Part shown: positions 24,400-36,415 of the stretch, in pieces
Position numbering within the stretch: the first letter of the stretch is position 1
How the letters are laid out: the number at the start of each line of letters is the position of its first letter
Source: Eutreptiella sp. 'Long Island Sound 2002'
Lineage: Eukaryota > Protista > Euglenida
Reading direction: 5' to 3'
Length of the DNA stretch: 64,000 bases
Assembly (NCBI GenBank): GCA_964036045.1
Contig: OZ038378.1
Location: 121,334,001 to 121,398,000 of the forward strand
Position numbers and translations under genes: made by a program
The notes under the pieces: generated by a model
Told to the model about the DNA's origin: nothing
Database searches by the model: none
What the model saw: the letters and a program-made list of their open reading frames with translations, nothing else

Positions 24400-25900
24400 T
24401 TCTATGTGCCCATCTGCCTCTCATTCTTCTCAGTCTCCTCTCGCTTCCCGCCTCTTGCTCTTCTTGTCCTCGTTCTCCCCCTTCCCCGGTTCTTGTACTT
24501 GCTCTCATTGCTGTTTCTTGCCGCCGCCGCTTCCCCTTCCTCCTGGAGCCCAAGACGCTCTTATCCAGGGCCGCCCGGCCCCCTGGATGCTCCGGTCCGG
24601 GTGCGTTGCTTCCCTAGTTGTTCCTGTCCGGGTTCCACGTGTTTGGCCGCTTTTCCATCTGCTCCTTCCCCTCCCGCTTCCTGACTCTCTTTCGTCGTAT
24701 CCTTCCTCATCTGGTCCTTGCCCTTGTTCATGTGCTCCTCGCCGTTGTTCTCCGCTACCGTATCCCCCTCCTCTCGCAGCCCAGGACATTCCAATCCCAG
24801 GCCGCTGCTTCCCCGGACGCTCCAGTCCCGGGCCTCCGCCCCCCGGATGTTCGAGTCCAGGGGTTGTGCTTCCCCGGATGTTGCAGTCCGGGCTTCACGT
24901 GTTTGCATCTCCCTCTCCTCCCCCTTCCCTTCTCTTGCTCTTCTCGTCCTCTCTCTCCACCGACCCTGACTCTCGTGCACGCAGCCCTTACCCCTTGTCG
25001 ATTCTTGCCGCCGCCGCTTCTTCTTCCTCCTGGAGCTCCGGAGGCTCCTTTCCATGGCCGCCTCGCCCCCGGATGTACCTGCCCTGGTGCGCTGCTCCCC
25101 CGGTTGTCCCCGTCCGGGTTCCACTTGGCTGACCGCTCTTCCTTTTGCTCCTTCTCCTCCCACTTCCCTTCTCTCGTCCGTCTTGTCCTTCCCCATCTGG
25201 TCCATGCTGGTCCATGCTGTTCACGTGCTCCTCGTCGCTTCTCCCCGCGGCCATTTCCTCCTCCTTCTGAGGTCCCGGACGTTCCACTCCCGGGCCGTTG
25301 CCTCCCCGGACGTTCCAGTCCAGGGCTTCCGCCCCCGGATGTTCCAGGCTGGGCGCATTGTTTCCCCGGACGTTCCAGTCCAGGGCTTCCGCCCCCGGAT
25401 GTTCCAGTCCGGGCGCATTGTTTCCCCGGATGTTCCAGTCCGGGTTCCGTGCGCCTGCCTCCCCTTCTCCTCCCCCTTCCCGTCTCTCGTTTTTCTCGTC
25501 CTCTCTCTCCACCTTTCCTGACTCCTGTTCATGCACTCCTTTTCGGTTCTTGCTGCCGCCGCTGCTCCTTCCTCTCGGAGCCTCGGCCGCTCTCGCTTGA
25601 CGATCTCCTGTGCCGCCCCGCTCCCAGTTGTTCCTGACTGGTTGCGTTGCTTCCCCGGTTGTTCCCTTGAGGGCTCCATGTGTTTGGCTGCTTCACATTC
25701 TTCTCTTTCTCCTCCCGCTTCGCATCTTCTCTCCTTCTTGTCCTCCCCCATCCGTTCCTTGCTCTTGTTCTTCTTCTCCTCTCCGTGTCTCTCCGCCGCC
25801 GTCTCCTTCTCCTTGTTTGTTGCCCCGGACATTCCATTCCCGGGCCGCCTCGTCCCCGGACGTTCCAGTCCGGGTGCGTTGCGTCCCCGGATGTTCCAGT
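24400..25900. repeat. Degenerate higher-order repeats: CT-rich spacers with clusters of CCGGA(C/T)G(T/C)TCCAGTCCGG motifs
   Basis: Motif clusters at about 24580, 24785-24895, 25270-25445 and 25820-25915, separated by pyrimidine-rich homologous blocks. Confidence 0.8.
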
Positions 25901-27120
25901 CCGCGGCACTGGGTGCACCTCCGGACAATCCAGTCCGGGGGTTTGGGCCTTGCTCCTGTCCGCCCCGGATGCCCCAATCCGGGGCGTCTTTTTGCCGTAT
26001 TCACTCCGTTGCCTCGGATGCTCCAGCCCGTGGCCCCGGGTTCCCCCCAGACAATCCAGTCCGGGGGCCTCTGCCGTGCTCCACTCCGCCCCGGATGCTC
26101 CAATCCGGGGCGTCTTTTTATCGTATTCTCTCCGTTGCGTCGGACGCTCCAGTCCGTGGCTCCGGGTTCTCCCCCGGACGATCCAATCTGGGGGCTTGGG
26201 CCGTGCTCCACTCCGCCCCAGATGCCCCAATCTGGGGCGTCTTTTTGTTGTATTCTCTCCGTTGCCTCGGACGCTCCAGTCCGTGGCACTGGGTTCACTC
26301 CCGGACGATCCAGTCCGGGGGCTAGTGCCGTGCTTCATTCCGCCCCGGATGCTACAATCCGGGGCGTCTTTTTATCTTATTCTCTCCGTTGCCTCGGATG
26401 CTCCAGTCCGTGGCACCCGGTTCACCCCCGGACGATCCAGTCCGGGGGCTAGTGCCGTGCTTCATTCCGCCCCGGATGCTCCAATCCGGGGCGTCCTTTT
26501 ATCGTATTCTCTCTGTTGCCTCGGACGCTCCAGTCCGTGGCACCGGGTTCTCCCCCAGACGATCCAGTCCGGGGGCTTGGGCCGTGCTCCACTCCGCCCC
26601 GGATGCTCCAATCCATGGCACCTTTTTGTCGTATTCTCTCCGTTGCCTCGGACGCTCCAGTCCGTGGCACCGGGTTCACCCTCAGACGATCCAGTCCGGG
26701 GGCTAGTGGCGTGCTTCATTCCGCCCCGGATGCTCCAATTCAGGGCGTCCTTTTATCCAATTCTCTCCGTTACGTCGGATGCTCCTGTCCGTGGCACCCG
26801 GTTCACCCCCGGACGATCCAGTCCGGGGGCTAGTGCCGTGCTTCATTCCGCCCCGGATGCTCCAATCCGGGGCGTCATTATATCGCTTTCTCTCCGTTGC
26901 CTCGGATGCTCCGGTCCGTGGCACCGGGTTCTCCCCCGGACGATCAAGTCCGGGGGCTTGGGCCGTGCTCCACTCCGCCCCGGATGCTCCAATCCGGGGC
27001 GTCTTTTTGACGTATTCTCTTCGTTGCCTCAGACGCTCCAGTCCGTGGCACCGGGTTTACCCCTGGACGATCCAGTCCGGGGGCTCGGGCCGAGCTCCAC
27101 TCCGCCCCGGATGCTCCATC
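25900..27120. repeat. Tandem array, 127-bp unit, about 9.5 copies
   Basis: Unit anchor (GGATGCT or variant) at 25967, 26093, 26220, 26347, 26474, 26601, 26728, 26855, 26982 and 27109. The period is 127 from 26093 onward, and each unit holds three related hairpin motifs. Confidence 0.97.
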
Positions 27121-27124
27121 CATC

Positions 27125-28242
27125 GCCGATCATTGTTTTCACTCGTGAGTCAAAATCATCCATTGCGGCACGTCACATCATGCAATAAACTTGACTCTTT
27201 TGTTGCAAAAGGCTCACATACCGTGACAACGGGCCTACGAGCTGTCTCGATCGCCTTACATTCGATATTTTCACATGACTGATGTACAAATGTCTTAACA
27301 AACGAAGTTAACTCATGCACACTTGAATCAATTCGTTTAATGCACACACGCCTGAAATCATTCATGCAAGAATCAAAATGTCGGCGTTGTTCATGCGATA
27401 AGGGCTCAACAATATCATGAATTAAAGATGCATGTGATTGAAGATGATTCTCCACAGGTTGTGGAATTTGCGAAGCAAGCACGGGAACATTTGTTTCACA
27501 ATATTGTCCCGTTGCCTTAATTCGTGCCTTCAAAACATCGTTACCCGCCAAATGTTGTTGCATGTGCTTATGTTGTTGGCCAAATTGGCCATGCAATTGG
27601 ATCACTTGGCCACGGACGCTCCCTATGATTTGCGTTGCTGACCTGCACATTTGTTCTACTCCTTGCACGGATGCGGCTTGAACCTCCTTGTGAACAAAAT
27701 ATTGTTGTGGGTAATCTTGATGCTGTTCGAGGTGTTGCTCAAGACCCTCAATACGTTGCAAACGCTCCTCATGTCCTTGCAACCCTCGACTAATGTGCCC
27801 TTGGAGTCCCTCACATTTGTTGCTGGCATCGATATTTCTATTGATATCCCCATGGCGTCTTGCAAATACCCATGCACTTGTGTCAATTGTGCAATGAGTG
27901 TATCTACCTTGTTGTTGAGCTCCTCCTTAATTTGGTGAGGAGCTTGTGGCTCGCGTGTGAGCGTGCGCCACCTTTAGAATATGCGACCGCCGTCTTCAAT
28001 CCTAATCTGTTCATGGCGAGCCTCACCAAACCCACACTCCATGTCTGCACTACTGCTTTCTGACTGTTGGAAGGGGCGTTCGGGTTCACGGACGGAAAAT
28101 TCCCCATGTCCACGATGATCCCATGGACTAACCATGCTCTGTCCTCGTGCCCATAACCTTTGAATGGTGTTTGGTGTCGAATTACTTGTCGAAACCAACG
28201 ACATCTTGATACTCGCAAAAAGAATTGAAATCGTTCAATCAA
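27125..28242 (-). pseudogene. Degenerate coiled-coil ORF, probable 5' part of lineage C gag
   Basis: ORFs 27156..27782, 27656..27886 and 27904..28242 are Q/E/H/L-rich and helical, with the same strand and composition as 22210-23016. Confidence 0.45.
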
Positions 28243-29329
28243 TAATCAAATCAAATTGAATTGTTCAGAGTGGGCTCATAAAACTCTCGCAGAACTTCAA
28301 AAAGACGATGCTACCCTAAGGCAGAGATAACAGCGGCAACTGGGCGATCACAAATCCGGCAGAGCAACAAAGCCACGTCGGGAAATTAAATCCAAACCCC
28401 AGAGGGGACTGTGATGGAGGGGACAGTACAGACCCATAGAACAAACAAACGCGCATCAGCCTGCATTCTAAAATCCAACGATTTGCAAATGAATCCGAAC
28501 TACAATCTCTAGGTCCACGTCAGCCCTATCTAGTGCCATAGGCAAATTCTAGGGTCCAATTTGGTCAGGTCCTGCTGGTCTGCTGGCCTCTTACCGCGGG
28601 CAACACGGCCCACAAAAACCCTGAAGCCGAATCCCGCCCCCACCGCCCCGAGAAACGCCATTACCCCGCAGCCCTGCAACCTGCTACCGATAAAGTCTGG
28701 CAGCAATGCACCACAGCAAAGCCTGCACCCGCAGCCCAGCCGAAGCTTTAACCTGCCCACTACCAAGCAGCAGCCAAAACCCACAACCAAACCCATTCCC
28801 AAGCTCAAGCCTGGCACTGAGCCGGCATCCCAGGTCGAACCCTAAACAGACCTCCTCTACGACCGCCAGCCCCTGCGTCCAAGCGCCCAGCAGCAGCAGC
28901 GCCCGCCACGATTCCCCTCTCGCCATCAGTGACGCCGCCGCCACCAGTTGTATGGTACAACACGCCACGGCAGAGGTGCGACGCGCCTCATCCCCATACA
29001 AGAAAAAACCGGGATATCGGACCCGCAGGCCAGGCCCCCCCCGCCCGGGCCGGAGCAACACCAAGGGCTGCCAGTGGTGCCCCAACCCCCATACGAACCC
29101 CCAATGTCTGCCCATGTCCAGTACATGCGCGACTAGTGCCGCTACCTCAGGACCCACAATAACCCCGAGGCAGAGTGCTTATACACGTGTCAGTGTGTTT
29201 CCGTGCGCTCACACCCCATGGTGATAGAAGTGACCGCTTCTCACATAGCCCCCTGGTCCAAACTGATTCAAATGAGTTTCAAAGGCGGTGTTTGAATCGA
29301 CCTGAACTACGTTTGAAGCATGTTTGAAT

Positions 29330-32300
29330 CAGGAGCCCGGTGGTATGGACAAAGGCATGATTTTTGTTCCTCTTGTGGGCCAGTCTGCAGCCTTTGTGGC
29401 TTATTGCACTCTCCGTCTGTTTTCATCATCAAAAACAATGCCTTTCAAAACCATCCTGCACGGCTTTCAACCAGAAAGTAACAGTTTCGGTGTGCCGCCG
29501 CCGCCGGCGCTGATTCAAGTTGTGATTCACACACCCCTGTGTGGCGAAGTGTCCTTTCGTAACATTGTGCAGCCCGTAGGTGTCTGACATAACTGCAGAG
29601 CCATTGTGCAACCTGCATACTAGATACTGTTCACCCTTGTTGTGGTGTAGGACTGAGGAACCCCCCCCTTCGTGCCCATTGGTATAGCCGGCGGAGCCTC
29701 CGTGATTCAAATCTCAATTCAAGTGTGGTATTTGAATCACTTGAATCGACCTGGTCCCCGTGTTACTACTACAGTGCTGTTTTCTACTTGATTTGGCCCT
29801 CTCCACGCTTCCTCCCCCAACAGCAAAGCATCGGCACAGCGCATAAAGGGTGCAATGACGTGCCCAGGTGCATTGTGCTTTCAGTCCCGTGCATGTGGAA
29901 CAAGACCGTACGGTAAGACAGGCGGCACAGCACTATCGTACAACACCATAACGCCACACTGACGCCACCAGCGCTCCAACAAAGGACACAGCCGGCACCA
30001 ACCTTTGCCGCCCAGCACCACCCACCGAAAGGGGCAGTGTGCAACAACGTACGGAAAAAGGACCCAATACCGTTGCAAACACCTCGTCCCAGGAACTTCT
30101 CGGCACCACCACGCACACCACACATCCTACTCAACCGCATCCCGGAACATTCCCAGAACTGAAAACATGACCGCTGGGGGCCTTGGAGATTGGGTTGCAG
30201 TATCTCGAATAGGGTCAGAGAGCGTGTAAACAGCCGGAACGCACTAAATCTCACAAACACCCGACACGCTTCATACACAATTCAAACGCCCACCCAGTGA
30301 TTCAAATGCCCTGTTTGAATCGCCCACTACCCGTTTGAATGAATGCAAGTGCTGAAATGTATCGACACCCGTTTTTTCACCGAAAGAGATGTAAAACACG
30401 GAAACCACAGAGTATTTTGCCGTTGCCGGTCGTTTTTCTCGGGTTGGGTGGTCGGTTAGGAACGGTTGGTCGGCCCAATGCTCGTTGCATGAGTGGTGTG
30501 GATCAGTTTCAACGGAAACGTTGCCTGACTCCCACCCCCTTACTCTCGTTGACGCACTCAAGCTCACTCATGTGGCTCATCTGCGGTCATCTGGTATCGG
30601 TTAGCGTGGGAATGCGGTTGCCTCCAGCGGGCAGGCAACCTCTCGGGTGGTGTTGGTCCACCCCACCATCGAAAATAAGACCACAACGCAGCGCTCGCCC
30701 GTCCAGCGCATCGGGCAGTGCGGCCTGTATGCATTGAAGGCGACCCCTTTGCGCGGTGAGATGGTGACTCCATACAGCCGGTCCCCGTCCCACTGCATCC
30801 ATGACGGCCGCAAACGGGCGCCATAGCCGTCCAACAAACCGCTGGTCCAGAGTTCGCCACCGACGTGTGCGCCAAGCGAAACCTTGCACGAGAGAGGCAC
30901 ATCGTTACGTGGGTGCACGTGCAGCAGCATGGGTTGGCCTTCTTCGAGGAAACGGAATACCCCGATCGCCGTCCAGGAGAACGTGGGAAACAGGACGCGT
31001 CCAAACTGGTTGAGGCGGGTGGTCAGGCTGCGGTTTGCTTGCATCGCCGCACTCAACGTTATGACGGAGCACCTGCGCATGGCCGCCAAGTACAGCGAAC
31101 GCATTCTGGCATTGTGCTTCACCCCGAGTCGCCAACCGGATGCAGTCTGCAGCTCTCGCAGAAGGGGCACACCTTTTGTTCTTGCGAGTCATCGGCGGAC
31201 CTCAGCCGCATCCTGGTCCGCCACACTCTGCCACAGCACCTGCGTCTCCTGCGTCACCGCACTGTCCGCAGGCACCGCACTGCCCTGTGCCACCGCACTG
31301 TCTTGTGCCACAGGGCTGTCTTCCGGCACCACCTTAATCTTGATGTCTCCAAGGTTGTCCTCTGGCTCCGGTATTACCACCACATTGCGCGCTCCCGCCA
31401 CACCTTCCGCACTCTTCACACCCTCCACACCCTGCACGCCACCACCACCGCCCACCTGCACAATTTCATCACCATCCTCGTGTGTCACCGCCGCTGGTGC
31501 CACAGCTGATGTGTCCGGTACTGCAGCCTGCGCCCCCGGTCCGCCAGTCGTTGTGTCTGGTGCCCATGCACCCTGCGCCTGCGGTGCAGGCGCCACAGCT
31601 CTGTCCTCAGCGCTCGCGGTTTCCGGCTGCCGCGCTGCAAGGTCCGTGCGCAGAGCTGCTGCCGCCTCTTCGGCCTTTCCCTTGTTGGTGAAGCTCGCTG
31701 TCTTTTTGTCCACCTTCACCGTCCAGTGACTTTTGGCTCTGCCTCCCCGTATGATCTCCTGGACCTGGACGTGGTCCGTTTTCTTCGTCGAGGACTTGGC
31801 TCGGATTCCCGGCATGACACGGATCTCGCCGTGGTCCTCAAACACCGCTCATCGCAGAGCACTTTCCGGCGGGAGTCCATACTCTTCCCTGGCCCGTTCA
31901 TTAGCGTCGTCAGGGTCCTCATCATGCAGTACGAAAAGGGCAAATGTGCTGGCGGTCGGACTGGGTTCAAACAGAGTTCAAACCCCATTCGAGTTGCTCA
32001 GTTGGATGTTTGAAGTGGTTGAATTAGGTCGACCGTAGTTCAAATGCAATTCAAATGGGCGCACCTGCGCAGGCTCCTCAGGCTGCTCTTCAGGCTTGTC
32101 CTCGTTGGCCTCCTGCTGTTTGGCGGCCTCATTCTTGGCAGCAACCCAATCAGCAACGAACCGCGCTGTCAGATCCGGTTTATTGCCACCCTCGACGGTG
32201 GCGGCCTGCAGCTTGAGGGCCTGCCCCTTGGCAGTCTGCCCCTTGGCAACCTGATCCTTTGCCGCTTTCTCCGTGCCGGCCTGCGGCTTGGCGGCTTCCC

Positions 32301-34370
32301 CTGTGGCGGTCTGTTTCTTGGCGACCTGCTCCTTGGCCGCTTGCTCCGGGCCGGCCTGCGGCTTGGCGGATACGTCCTTCGCCTACCTCACCACTCTCTT
32401 GGCCTCAACCACCGCCGCAGCCTTCACCTTCTTCGTCTGTGCCTGCACCTTCACAGCCTCGCTGAGCTACTGCTTGCCGCTCACCCAGCGGCCACTCGGC
32501 TTGGCTAGCAGGCGGGATTTGTGAGCCAGTGGTGGCTCAAATTCGCTGCTTGAAGTTGTGGTCGAGGAGTCGTGTGCCGCGCGCGCTTCTGCCGCTGCCT
32601 CCCGCACTTGATCCCGCATCCGGACTTTCGCCATAGCAGCGGCCACCGTGGCTCGCTTGAGGCTGACCCTTGGCGCGAACTTCGCCAGTCTTTCTTCTGC
32701 TTGTCCGATCAGCTGTTCTTGTTCTTCTTCTTCTTGGCGGATCTCTGTGGGGGGGCTTCGTTACTACAAAATCCGCAGAAATTTTGCCAGTGGAGCATGT
32801 GCCGTGATGCCCTTGGGTGCAGCTGTCTTATCAGACGGGACGGCAGGTGCGGTGATACCCTTGAGTGCAGCTGTCCTATCAGACGGAGCTGCAGTCGGGA
32901 CGGCAGTCGTTGGTGTCGTACCAGACGGGGGCAGCGGTGGCTGGGGCATTGTTGCCCTTGGCCGGAGAAACCCTCTCAGCTTGGGCTGGCCTGCGGGCGG
33001 GGTGGCGTCAGCGAAGTCCGTCCGGGCTTGGTTCATGGACCTCGTCCATCGTCCGACCAGCCTGTCCAGCGCCTCCGGATCGTTGCTGCGGTGCATGTAG
33101 TTGCTGATGCTGATGACCTTGCTGCTGCCGCTGAGAAGAACGCCTGGGCCCCGCTCATCTAGCACCAAGACGTCGTGCTCGAACACGGCGCCAAACACCT
33201 GTTGAAGACGATGACCAAAAATTCAACGGTGATTCAAACGTCCTAGCGCTAGTTCAAACGCAGTTCAAATGCCGGGCTTGAATCACGCTTGAACCACACA
33301 GGACGCATTTGAATTGCGTTTGAAGCACGCCAGACAGGTTTGAACCCACAGGGCATCACACACCGGGACAGCGGGCGGTGCGGCAGTGGGGACCATCATC
33401 TCATCCAGCGACTCCTGCTTCACCACCGACTCGTCGACCACGGCCTCCATGCCCATGGACTTGGCTGCGGGTGCTGCGGGTGCGGCAGGCAGGGCAACGG
33501 CGGCGGATGCCGCTTCGAATGCTGATGCCATCGTACTGCGCTGCTTTTTCTCCGGCTGCTCACTCTCGTCTACCTCGAGCTCACCAATCACGCCCTGCAG
33601 CCGCTTCTTGTTCCCGCCAGTCGAAATGGAACCCCCCACCTTGCGCACCGAGGCCGGTGCGAGCTGCGCTCCCTCCACTGGATGCCAGTCAGGGTCGATC
33701 TCATCTTGGTTTTTTTACCAGATTTTAGGCCGATATGATTGGCCGTGGGTATTGATCCCGCCAGGAGCCACAGTTCCCAGTCCCTGGTGACTCCACATCT
33801 CAAAGAGACGCTGAACTTGGTCCGCATCAAACGTCATTCTTCCATTGCTGCCCAATCCGATGCTGGCAACGTTCCAATCCTGCCAGTTGGAAAATGACAG
33901 CTGAGTTGTCTCCCACAGAAACACAGTCTGACCCGTCGACGTGGCACCGGCCCGCTTCTGTTTCCAGATGTAGAGCGTTCGTTTGAAGAGGTATCTCGCG
34001 GTAATGTCGGTCAGCCACCGACCCCCGGGCTCGGGCCGTGCGAGCGCGGAGTCTGGGTGGGGGAAGCGCCCGTCCGACAACATGGGAAAGACGGGTGGAA
34101 AGAGAATCTTGGTGTCGTGAACGGCAACATCATTGGCTGCTGAAGCGGACGTCGAGCCTGTTGCCGGAACTGGTTGCTGTTTGGATTGCGCTGCCACCAC
34201 GATCGCCTGCAGCTGACCTGAGGCCAGGCACGACAGGGCCTGGTTCTGGCCCCCCATGACAACGGGCCCTTCAATGTACACCGGAATCCGCCATGACAAC
34301 AGGCCCTTTCATGTACACCCAAATATTGAAGGAGGAAGCCCAACGAGAACACCACGATGCAGCAGACAGG
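29330..34370 (-). pseudogene. Multi-exon cargo gene of transposon T (low-complexity linkers, 2OG-Fe(II) domain, possible Ulp1-like domain)
   Basis: Same frame runs 34299-33364. An in-frame phase-0 GT-AG intron at 33199-33363 joins it to exon 33198-32065. GT-AG intron 31961-32064 is one base out of frame. Further candidate introns at about 30250-30370 and 29655-29750. Scattered stops. Confidence 0.6.
30601..31050 (-). pseudogene. 2OG-Fe(II) dioxygenase domain, TET/JBP-like
   Basis: FSWTAIGV...LHVHPRN...SLGAHVGGELW...FNAYRPH-CPMRWTGE-R-CVVVLF fits HxD...H...R, with HVH (CAC GTG CAC) one base away from HVD. Confidence 0.7.
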
Positions 34371-34529
34371 TCAAAACACGTAAAATACACGAAGTTTGAA
34401 AGACACTTGAACAGCCCTACGTGATTCAAATGTCCTACTTGAAGCACTTGAATTGATTCAAACGGATTCAAACGGACCAAAATACTATGCGCAGTAGCAA
34501 ACTATTCCACGCCTCGTGGTCCCATGGGA

Positions 34530-36415
34530 ATACAACACCGACTCTCCACATTTCCCCCAAATACTCCCTAGCAACGTCTGCACAATGTTGGATTTGCAGA
34601 GCACCCAGGCCCTCCACCTCCCTCCAACGTGGCATTTCCTTGTACAAAAAACCACGGCTCATTGCTTGGAAGAGCAACTCAATGAGTTGCTCATCCGGTG
34701 TGCTCTTTTCCCCTCCCTAAGACGTGGCAGTCAAAAAAATGTCCTTCAAAAATGCATTCAGAGACTCCACAACATCCCCCGAAGACATCGCACATCCCCA
34801 AGGGCGAATGGCATCCAATACCCTGGGTGCATCACGGCGAAGCCATAACAGATAAGTCGAGCGAAGCCGCGGGCAAATTTCCTCCTGAAACCTACGCGCT
34901 ACTTTGGCACACTTAAGTCTGGAGGGCTTATGATATGTAGAGTACAGAGCTGCGCACAGCTTTCCCATTGCAACAACGGCCTTTTGTGCATGACGGGGCA
35001 CATGCAACAAATGAGCAATCGCCGGCCACACAATCAACAGACGCAATGTTTCCTCACCCTTTGCGCTGGCCTTCCCTTGGACCGAGATTTTTGTATTCGC
35101 CTCGGTCCAAATTCCTTGGACCTCAACACGCACAGCCAGTGCCACCTTCTTAGCGTAGCGGCGCATGTAAATCGTTGTTTGCTTGCCCACAGAAATTGAA
35201 CAGTGCAAAATGCACATGACAACTGAAAAATATTGGTCGTGCACCTTCAAAAGAGGAAGGCGGATGCACCCATAAACATCGGACACGGTAGCCTTCGGCC
35301 GACCCCGGTGAAAAATTTCCAGAAATTTCCTACGCCCCTTTCAGGAACGGACCGTGGTAGTGTGTTCCCCTTGGTTGCTGGCCGCATTCCACATCACATA
35401 TGTGTAAAGAGACCCCAGCCCCCACCATACACTCAACCCGAATACATTGCGAAGCCAAGGTGAAACCCCCCGACGATGCATCCACAATCAACCCTATAAC
35501 CACACAACACAATGTAACCATTGTCTAGAACATGTTGGATGCATTCCAGGTTGTGTGCCATTAAATCCCGATGAGCCTCTACATTGTGCTCGGAGCAAAG
35601 TGACAAATCCAAGTTCCAGGTGTAGTTAATGATCCGAGCACACTCCCTGTGGTTGGCAAACGACACGGTGAGTTGACACCATGGGCGGGCACCGCATGGA
35701 AACTCATCCCCTCGGACGATGAGTACATAGCAGTAGTCCGGCTCGTGAAATTGCATACCAGCCGGATCCATTCGATCCGGTTGGGAGGTGAAATACTCCA
35801 AAAGGTCCTCAAAAGGCCACAACACACTGACAAACGTTTCCGCTGCTGGATCTTGACCTGCCGAAGGGTCATGAATCTTGGCATCCAGCTGTTGAACGGA
35901 GGCAAGGCATTCCCACATAGCGTCCATTCTTTCATACGATGGAAAGCATTTGCACCACGTTTTGAGCGCGGGCACTTCGGCCGCCACTGCCTTTTCGTGG
36001 ACCCAAATGAGGAAATCTTTGTACCTGAGGTGCGACATCCGTGTGTGAATCACTTGAAGTGTTCAAACAAGTTCAAACGACACGTCTGAAGCACTTGCAA
36101 CCATTCAAACATGGATTCACACGCACACCTCGATTTGTGCATTTGCAATTTTAAAATCAACCAAACGGCCTCAGTTGGGGTCAACACCTCCTCCATTTTT
36201 TTTCTGATGCTCCTCTTCATCCGACGGGAAACACCGACTTTCTTTGACACCCGGCGTAATAAGGCACGGCCAGACGGGTGTCTAAAAAATGTCAGCAAAT
36301 TGGCCTCCAGATTGTCGTTCCGGTATGGGCGGCGCCCGTAAACCAGTTCTAACGTGTTTCTTAGCGTTTGGGACATGCCAAAAGGCGCTGCATTTGCAAC
36401 AAGGGAATTAGCCAA
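34530..36415 (-). pseudogene. Transib/RAG1-like DDE transposase, two exons, frameshifted
   Basis: In-frame GT-AG intron 36025-36128. Motifs LIVRGD (about 35707), GG.. PWLRNVFGL (about 35430-35475, second Asp lost at a frameshift), CILHCSI (about 35200-35220; cf. RAG1 DALHCDI) and STYLLWL...SSGDVVESLN (about 34755-34900; cf. RAG1 TNYFHK...ASEGNESGN). Confidence 0.65.

Larger units (their letters stand above)
23017..27120 (-). mobile_element. Array-bearing non-autonomous element F with (TTAC)n tail
   Basis: (GTAA)n at 23017-23042. GC-rich unique region 23043-23780, then three repeat classes. It splits the AT-richer coiled-coil reading frame attributed to C. No TSD seen. Confidence 0.5.
15969..28500 (-). 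mobile_element. Ty3/gypsy lineage C (gag-PR-MTase-like-RT-RH-INT), 3'-truncated, interrupted by element F
   Basis: Ordered domains on the minus strand (see sub-features). No LTRs identified. The 5' limit and the assignment of 27125-28500 to this element are inferred. Confidence 0.7.

Noticed and set aside
25900-27120. CRISPR-like appearance (palindromic motif with spacers)
   Set aside because: The spacers are themselves repeated with fixed 127-bp periodicity, there are no cas genes and the context is eukaryotic.
25531-27188. 502-aa and other long ORFs
   Set aside because: They arise from a 127-bp repeat that is not a multiple of 3, so peptides cycle through frames.
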